DNA of 64,000 nt from Candidatus Latescibacterota bacterium (GTDB taxonomy: Bacteria; Latescibacterota; UBA2968; GCA-2709665): positions 512,001 through 576,000 of the forward strand of contig OZ252100.1 of assembly GCA_965248435.1 (NCBI GenBank). The letters run 5' to 3'. Shown here piece by piece: positions 58,280-64,000 of the stretch; position 1 is the stretch's first letter, and every line of letters starts with the position of its first letter. The notes beneath the pieces are model-generated. The model saw only the letters and a program-made list of their open reading frames with translations. It did not search any database and was not told the DNA's origin. The position numbers and the translations under genes were made by a program.

Positions 58280-58918
58280 TCATACCTCCAGTACAGCGGG
58301 CACGTCCCGAATCGAATCCACGAAGCGCCAGGCGCCAGAGAAATCGTGTGCTTCAGTAAAGGCGTTTCTCACGATGATGCAATCCAGGTTCGCGGCGATG
58401 GCAGCCTTCATTCCGCGAGCAGAGTCCTCTATGGCTACGGACTGCTCGGGCTTCGCACCGAATCGTTGAAGCCCGGTCAAATAAGGTTCCGGGGCCGGCT
58501 TCGCCTCAACGTAGTCCTCTCTCGTAAGGACAAATTCCATTGCGTCCAAAATCTTCCGGCCCCGATGAATCAGGTCGAAATCTTCCCGGCGGGCGGTCGT
58601 AACGATCGCCATTCTAAAATGCTTCTTCAGTTCGGCCAGCACTTCGAGGACTCCGTCGATTTCGATCGGTTTGGTGCGGATGTACTCCTGATAAAGCACG
58701 TTCCGCTTCTTCCTCTGGCATTCGATCGCGTCCTCCGATACGCCCTTCGCCCGTGCCAGGTCCCAGTACTCCTGCCCGCGCGACATGAATTCGAGATAGG
58801 TCGCTTCTTCAAACTCGACTCCAAGCGGCGCGATCGTTTCTTTTGTGGCCTGACAGTACCAGCGCTCCGTGTCCACCAGTACCCCATCGTGATCCCATAG
58901 GATGAATTCACGGCCCAC
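58280..58918 (-). CDS. HAD family phosphatase
   Basis: WDHDGVLVD, VTT, KPAPEPY, IEDS. Confidence 0.9.
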   Translation of the reverse strand: MGREFILWDHDGVLVDTERWYCQATKETIAPLGVEFEEATYLEFMSRGQEYWDLARAKGVSEDAIECQRKKRNVLYQEYIRTKPIEIDGVLEVLAELKKHFRMAIVTTARREDFDLIHRGRKILDAMEFVLTREDYVEAKPAPEPYLTGLQRFGAKPEQSVAIEDSARGMKAAIAANLDCIIVRNAFTEAHDFSGAWRFVDSIRDVPAVLEV

Positions 58919-58945
58919 GATGCCAACTGCCTCCCACAAAGCAGC

Positions 58946-59635
58946 TCAATTCGGACCCCTCCCTACCGCGTGCATAACCACCGGCAAGCTATCTGGAATC
59001 TCTACATCGAGAATATCAAAATCAGATTCAGTGAGTAAGGCTTTGAATGTGTCGGCTGTGAACAGCCTGTATTTGAGCTCGCCCTTCCCCCACGGGTAAA
59101 GCCATCGATCGTCGGTATACTCAGGACTTTCTTCCTGGCACATCACTTTGTTATGACCCGAGACAGAAACCACGCCTTTATCCGTCAATGAATCGCGGCA
59201 GTTGCGAAGCAGAGTGATCCGATCGCACTCCGATTCGATGCCTCCAAGTAACTGAGCCCAGAGAAGGATCGCGTCGAATTTCTCATCTGGGAGGTTCAGG
59301 CCGTCCGTCTTCAAGAATTTGATCTCGACGCCCTTCTTTTTCGCGTTTTCCCGGGCTCGGTCCAGCTGCGGCCGTGAAAGATCCACTGCAACCACGCGGT
59401 ACCCTCTCCTGGCCAATTGTATCGCCTCCCTGCCTCCCCCACACCCGATATCCAGGACGCTGCAGCCTGCTGGAAGATATTTCATGACGACCGACTCTTC
59501 CCATTCACGCAGCCCCATATCGACTTTCCGGTGCATATCTTCCACGAACTGGGGTTTTGAGAAATGATCCTCAAGTTCCTTCATGTTGATCCCGTGCGCA
59601 TCCACGATTGTGCTTTTTGGGTGTTCGACGATCAC
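58946..59635 (-). CDS. Class I SAM-dependent methyltransferase
   Basis: VLDIGCGGGR, AVDLS, FDAI. Confidence 0.88.
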   Translation of the reverse strand: MIVEHPKSTIVDAHGINMKELEDHFSKPQFVEDMHRKVDMGLREWEESVVMKYLPAGCSVLDIGCGGGREAIQLARRGYRVVAVDLSRPQLDRARENAKKKGVEIKFLKTDGLNLPDEKFDAILLWAQLLGGIESECDRITLLRNCRDSLTDKGVVSVSGHNKVMCQEESPEYTDDRWLYPWGKGELKYRLFTADTFKALLTESDFDILDVEIPDSLPVVMHAVGRGPN

Positions 59636-60978
59636 TCTGTTGAGCGCCTCAAGTCTTCCTCCTTTAGCCGCCGATGCACCTGGACCTCGCCGTGTTCATC
59701 AATGATCTGGAGCTTCACGACGCGTTCGCCCCTTTCGCCAGAAAAGCGCAGGACTCCGAAGTTGTAGCCGCGGAATTGGGGAGCAGCCGACTGATTGTGT
59801 CCGCCCGAACGGTCCGTGATCATCCTGCTAAAGGGCTCTGTGCGGATGCCCGCATTAGAGGAGAGGAGTTCATAAAGAGGGTATGTGTCCTCAGGACGGT
59901 AGAGGCGGTTGAGCGTGCCAATGTGCCAGTCGCCGCAGATGAAAAAGACGCCGGTGATGTTTTTCGCGAAAAGCCACTTGAGGAAGTCGTCGCGCTCTGT
60001 TGCGAACTTGGCCCACCGCTCGCCGCGACCTTCATTCACAACCACCGATCCGCCGCTGGCAATGACCTTGAAGGTGGCGCTGCTGGCCTTCAGTCTGGAT
60101 TTCAGCCAGCTGAGCTGTCCTTCGCCAAACATAGTCTTTCGGTCTTCAGCTTCGTTAGGATCCCGGTGATAGCGATTGTCGAGCATGAAGAACTCAGCGT
60201 CGGCGATCTGGAAGCTGTAGAAGACACCTGGCACTGCGGTGGTGCCGGCGCCGGCATTCGGCCAGTATCTTTTGTAAATGTCCAGGCTGTCTTCGCGCCA
60301 GCGGAAGGTACGGTCAGAATTGTTGGGGCCGTAGTCGTGGTCGTCCCAGATGCCGTAGGAGGGTGTTGTGGCCATCAGGGTGCGAAGTCCTGACAGGTAG
60401 CGGATCTCACGGTGGTAACCGGCGATCGCCTTTCGGACCAGGCTGCGGTTGTCGCCGTATCCATCAGCATTGCCCGGCATGTAGCCGATGTCTCCAATGT
60501 AGAGAAAGGCCTCGGGTCTGTGCTGAGCGACTTCCGCCCAGATGGGTTGCACGGGCTGACGGGCCGGGCTCACGCAGGACCCGAATGCCACAGTAAAACC
60601 GGGAACGTCGTTTGAATCCGGATGGACCTGCGGCATCGTATAGAAGACCTGCGGTGTAAGCGATCGAACTGGCTCGGCGTCCAGAAAAACTCCGTACCGA
60701 ACCTGGGTCCTGGGTCTCAGGCCGGTAATCTCGACAACGCCAGTATGGGGAGGGGTTCTACTTGTCCGTCCTTTCGCGGTGCCCCCTACCAAAGGTACCT
60801 TTTTCCCAGGACTGGCCCAATAATCGACCTTGACTTCAGCTGACCGATCCGTCTCCACCCAGATGACGGCGGAATTATCGGTCGTGTGACTCACCATTGG
60901 ACCTGCCAGCAGTTCGACCGCCCAGGATGGAGACGAAAAAATGAGGATGGATGTAACCTGGAAAAATTGATGGATCAT
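59632..60978 (-). CDS. phoD: Alkaline phosphatase D family protein
   Basis: Signal peptide, AFGSC, IGD..Y, IWDDHD, LDNRYHR, GDWH. Confidence 0.88.
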   Translation of the reverse strand: MIHQFFQVTSILIFSSPSWAVELLAGPMVSHTTDNSAVIWVETDRSAEVKVDYWASPGKKVPLVGGTAKGRTSRTPPHTGVVEITGLRPRTQVRYGVFLDAEPVRSLTPQVFYTMPQVHPDSNDVPGFTVAFGSCVSPARQPVQPIWAEVAQHRPEAFLYIGDIGYMPGNADGYGDNRSLVRKAIAGYHREIRYLSGLRTLMATTPSYGIWDDHDYGPNNSDRTFRWREDSLDIYKRYWPNAGAGTTAVPGVFYSFQIADAEFFMLDNRYHRDPNEAEDRKTMFGEGQLSWLKSRLKASSATFKVIASGGSVVVNEGRGERWAKFATERDDFLKWLFAKNITGVFFICGDWHIGTLNRLYRPEDTYPLYELLSSNAGIRTEPFSRMITDRSGGHNQSAAPQFRGYNFGVLRFSGERGERVVKLQIIDEHGEVQVHRRLKEEDLRRSTE

Positions 60979-60998
60979 AGTAAAGATCCTCCCACTGA

Positions 60999-61628
60999 CT
61001 AGGCAGTTACTTGCGTTCTGATTCGTCTTAACGAGCTCGTACACATTTGTGCTTTGATCAAATCGAATTTGCTATCCGCCTCGGCTATTTTGTCGATCGG
61101 GTGGACTCTGTCGAACAGGGGAAAATCTTGAGGAAGGACCCATAGCCTCGCCATCGGTGAAACTGCGTCGTAGGAAACAGGATAAGCGCCTCCCTTCGAT
61201 TCAAAGGCATCCAGGCTGCAGATGTAGACTATCCCTTCTACCCACGGATTCTGACCCAGGCCTTTTCGGTCGACAAAGTAGGCGTTGGGATCGTGTCTCG
61301 TTGCGAAATAGGAGACCCGGGTCCGGTCGATAATCGCGAAAAATATTGCCATGAACACATCTGTGGTGACGTAGACAGCTGTTTCGGCCTGCCCTGTACC
61401 TGTGCCCGTGGCCCTTCTTGGCTCCAGGGCGACCAGCTGTTTGTCAGTCGAACCGTGAAAGCATGCGTTCTTAAATCTCGCAAGATACTCCAGGAATCGA
61501 TATTTGGGATGGGGCGAGTCATATTCGATCAGCTTGCCCTCGTTGCACTCGACATCTCGATCGAAGAGGTTCTCGAAATCGGTTTTGTGCAGATCTGTGA
61601 CCGCTGAAGAAGGATCTGAATCAGCCAT
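60999..61628 (-). CDS. Hypothetical protein with ADP-ribosyltransferase-like motifs
   Basis: FHGS...LEPR...AVYVT.D...A..FA...GIVYI. Confidence 0.6.
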   Translation of the reverse strand: MADSDPSSAVTDLHKTDFENLFDRDVECNEGKLIEYDSPHPKYRFLEYLARFKNACFHGSTDKQLVALEPRRATGTGTGQAETAVYVTTDVFMAIFFAIIDRTRVSYFATRHDPNAYFVDRKGLGQNPWVEGIVYICSLDAFESKGGAYPVSYDAVSPMARLWVLPQDFPLFDRVHPIDKIAEADSKFDLIKAQMCTSSLRRIRTQVTA

Positions 61629-61630
61629 GC

Positions 61631-62149
61631 TTATTCCACTCGGTACTGATAGGAGCTTGGAATTCGAATGAATCCTTTGACAAATCTGGTTCTATCTCTT
61701 CTGAATATGCCCGAGACATTACCAATGTTGCCCTCAGCGGTTACCAACCCTGGCGCCCTCCCTGAAAGAATCACGCCAATATGGTCATTCGGACCCTGAC
61801 CCAGGAGATTATTGTAAATAATGAGGTCTCCCCTTTGGGGTCTGAACCTAATATTCCGAGCGGAGTAGTAAAATCCGTTTCCAGACATCCTGGCCCACTG
61901 AATCCAGGCTGAAACGCCCGCAAAGCTATGTTTAACTGGGACCGGATGCCGGGCGGGAAGCGAAAATCCTGCTTCTATGCAGCAATGGAACACGAACGCT
62001 GCGCACCAGTCAAAGCCCTTCTTCTTATCTTTGCGAAACTGGCTCAGGATAGGCTCCAGCTCAGGACCACATTTGCTTTTGTTTCCTCTGAGCGTCCTCC
62101 TTGCCAGTTCCTCTGAAATACTTGCCAGCAGGCTACGTTTGTTGGCCAC
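61631..62149 (-). CDS. CHAP/NlpC-P60-like amidase domain protein
   Basis: DWCAAFV, P.RGDLII, DHIG, AEGN. Confidence 0.8.
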   Translation of the reverse strand: MANKRSLLASISEELARRTLRGNKSKCGPELEPILSQFRKDKKKGFDWCAAFVFHCCIEAGFSLPARHPVPVKHSFAGVSAWIQWARMSGNGFYYSARNIRFRPQRGDLIIYNNLLGQGPNDHIGVILSGRAPGLVTAEGNIGNVSGIFRRDRTRFVKGFIRIPSSYQYRVE

Positions 62150-62150
62150 G

Positions 62151-62692
62151 TCAATCGAGTCCGGCTTTAATGACTTTTGTGCCTGTCGCAGCGAGTCGAT
62201 ATGTCTCAGCTAATTCAGGCCCGTCATGTCTTTTGGTCTCGAGGCGCCGGCAGGCTTTCTCCAAAGACAGAGTCGCCACCTCCACCACCTGCTCGCCCCC
62301 ATCCGGGTTCTCAGGTTCCCTGATCAGTCCCACCTCCCCGTACCCTACGTTCCTACTCAGGCCACGGCAGGTGAGGCCTGTATGGCGTTTCAGCAAGCGA
62401 ATGACAATGCCCCAGCAGCTCGAAGCTTCAGGCGTCCCCCCGCTTCTTCCCTCAACTCTCTATGAATGGCCTCCAGGTACGTCTCGCTGGGTTCCAGCGT
62501 ACCCCCGACGATGCACCAACCATCTTCATGTTTTACGATGACCCATTCATCTCTAATGTAAGGGACTAGATTGACGTTGCTGATTAGATCGTCAGGCGGG
62601 TTGACGCCCAATTCAAACACGGCCCGCGTTGGGCCCCACGGCCACAGCTTCTCCTGGAACAATTGAGGGAAGTCTGCCTTGTCAATGCACAT
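62151..62692 (-). pseudogene. NUDIX hydrolase broken across three frames
   Basis: Nudix box GGTLEPSETYLEAIHRELREEAG; then frame 2 SFELLGHCHSLAETPYRPHLPWPE; then frame 3 NVGYGEV..GEQVVEV. Confidence 0.75.
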
Positions 62693-62701
62693 CAGGCTAA
62701 G

Positions 62702-63091
62702 CTACCTCTCCGCTTCCTCAGCCTCGCTTTGTAGCGGGAATTGCCCCGCAAGCTGATGCTCCGTGAACGAAGGCCCTGCCGCGCTGAAATACCGCAGCAT
62801 CGAACCTCCTGAGTTTTTTAGCCCGTGCAATGTCCCTGATGGAATGTGGACACAGTCACCCGGGCACACGGGGCCGGATTCCTCTCCAACAGTCATCATC
62901 CCCTTGCCATCCAGGACGAAATAGACCTGCTCCTGCTCGTGGCTATGTGGCCTTTGGGTTCCGTCAGGCTCCATTTCGACGAGCGTCGTCGTGAGCTTCT
63001 GAGCACCGCAGGTTCGCGCAGAGACAAGCAGATGTGAGGTGATGCCGTCGCGCCGGTATCGCGGCGCATCTTGTCGCGTGCAGATGATCAT
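62702..63091 (-). CDS. Cupin domain protein
   Basis: HSHEQEQVYFVLDGKG, PGD.VHIP.G..HG..N. Confidence 0.88.
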   Translation of the reverse strand: MIICTRQDAPRYRRDGITSHLLVSARTCGAQKLTTTLVEMEPDGTQRPHSHEQEQVYFVLDGKGMMTVGEESGPVCPGDCVHIPSGTLHGLKNSGGSMLRYFSAAGPSFTEHQLAGQFPLQSEAEEAER

Positions 63092-63774
63092 CTCGTATCT
63101 CCTGAGTTCAGCCATCGAAGGGTCAGCTCGGCGGCGTTCTTCATTGCAGTCCGCAAATTTACTTCGAAATCAGAGGGCGCATTATGATCAGCCGAATCTG
63201 TGATCGCACGCATCTCCAGAAAAGGAACCTGGCTGAATTTGCAGGCACGGGCCCCACCGGCACCCTCCCACGCCACTGCGAGCGCCTCTGTCGATTTGTG
63301 CAGATCTTCCCTCCGGTCAGTATCTACGATATCTTCATCTCCACTGGCGATCAGTCCAAAATGGACCCCGAATTCGAGGTCGGAATCAGAGGCGAATTTC
63401 AGACCTTCAATCGCTTCTTCATCCCCCGAGAAAACCGGGGAAGGTGTATGGGAAAAGTGGCCTTTGTAATCGTGCTCCACGGTGGCGGTGCCCACGACCA
63501 CATCCCCAACCGCAAGGCCTTCAGCCAGGGCGCCTGCGGCGCCCACGCAAAGAACGAGATCCCACGGACGACCCGAATCGATCAGGTGCAGGGTCTGAGT
63601 CGCAAACTGAACCTTACCGTGCCCGCCTTGCGCAACCGTCACCCCCAAGTGAGGGATGTGATCTGTCTGAAGCCGACCTCGAGAAACGGTCTTTGACGCT
63701 ATTCCCAAGAACTGGAAGTGTTGGACGAGGAATTTTCCCTCTTTCGCCATCGGCGTGATGATCAACCTCTTCAT
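63088..63774 (-). CDS. mtnN: MTA/SAH nucleosidase (PNP/UDP family)
   Basis: GG.GKV, GAAGAL, GDVVV, IASGD, AVAWEGAG, RAITDSAD. Confidence 0.85.
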   Translation of the reverse strand: MKRLIITPMAKEGKFLVQHFQFLGIASKTVSRGRLQTDHIPHLGVTVAQGGHGKVQFATQTLHLIDSGRPWDLVLCVGAAGALAEGLAVGDVVVGTATVEHDYKGHFSHTPSPVFSGDEEAIEGLKFASDSDLEFGVHFGLIASGDEDIVDTDRREDLHKSTEALAVAWEGAGGARACKFSQVPFLEMRAITDSADHNAPSDFEVNLRTAMKNAAELTLRWLNSGDTR

Positions 63775-63778
63775 AGGG

Positions 63779-64000
63779 CTACTCGTTTTGACCCCGGGCA
63801 AGCGCGGTCGTCAAATCGGCCTTTCGCCTGTCGTCTGCAAGCGCCGTCAGAATCCGAGCGGCGTGCCCTTCCTCCAGTCTTTCCAGAAGCAAAAGGGCGA
63901 TCTCATCCTCCAGATGATCAAAGATCACCGCTGCGTTCGCTGGCCTCATCTCGCTAATCACGCCGACCGCCTTCTGCAGCCGGACTTCTAGATCTGTCTC
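63779..64000 (-). CDS. C-terminal part of an MgtE-N-like helical-repeat protein (truncated by window edge)
   Basis: Open frame from 64000: ETDLEVRLQKAVGVISEMRPANAAVIFDHLEDEIALLLLERL...AARIL. Confidence 0.6.
   Translation of the reverse strand, partial: ETDLEVRLQKAVGVISEMRPANAAVIFDHLEDEIALLLLERLEEGHAARILTALADDRRKADLTTALARGQNE

Noticed and set aside
58280-64000. Run of small co-oriented genes as an integron cassette array
   Set aside because: The genes abut or overlap, leaving no room for attC sites; no intI

Overview
A GC-rich, gene-dense bacterial chromosomal segment with about 55 CDS and 3 tRNAs (fMet, His, Arg-UCU). I found no rRNA, CRISPR array, transposase or prophage. The cohesin-like/dockerin-like surface protein and the gene mix suggest an FCB-superphylum organism such as Ca. 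Latescibacterota; this is inference only. Core genes: rlmI-like, an rnhB-yraN fusion, hisS-aspS, phoH-7TM/HD-ybeY-corC-tRNAfMet, nrdR-nrdJ with tandem NrdR boxes, and map. The most intriguing accessory loci are: (1) a coupled operon of a nucleotide-translocase-like MFS/HEAT protein, a cNMP-binding protein and an orphan secretin, divergent from a giant NHL/Ig/cohesin/dockerin protein with a structured leader; (2) a SifR/YwnA-type Rrf2 repressor with two visible operators upstream of DUF899 and an MMPL-LolA-like-beta-barrel triad; (3) a coiled-coil lipoprotein plus LysM protein with register-matched cysteines, a possible Lpp analogue; (4) a PufC-like tetraheme cytochrome without photosynthesis genes; (5) a multi-metal-finger hypothetical protein and an ADP-ribosyltransferase-like hypothetical protein. 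Several genes carry small indels that may be assembly errors. All calls come from reading motifs by eye; no database searches were run.
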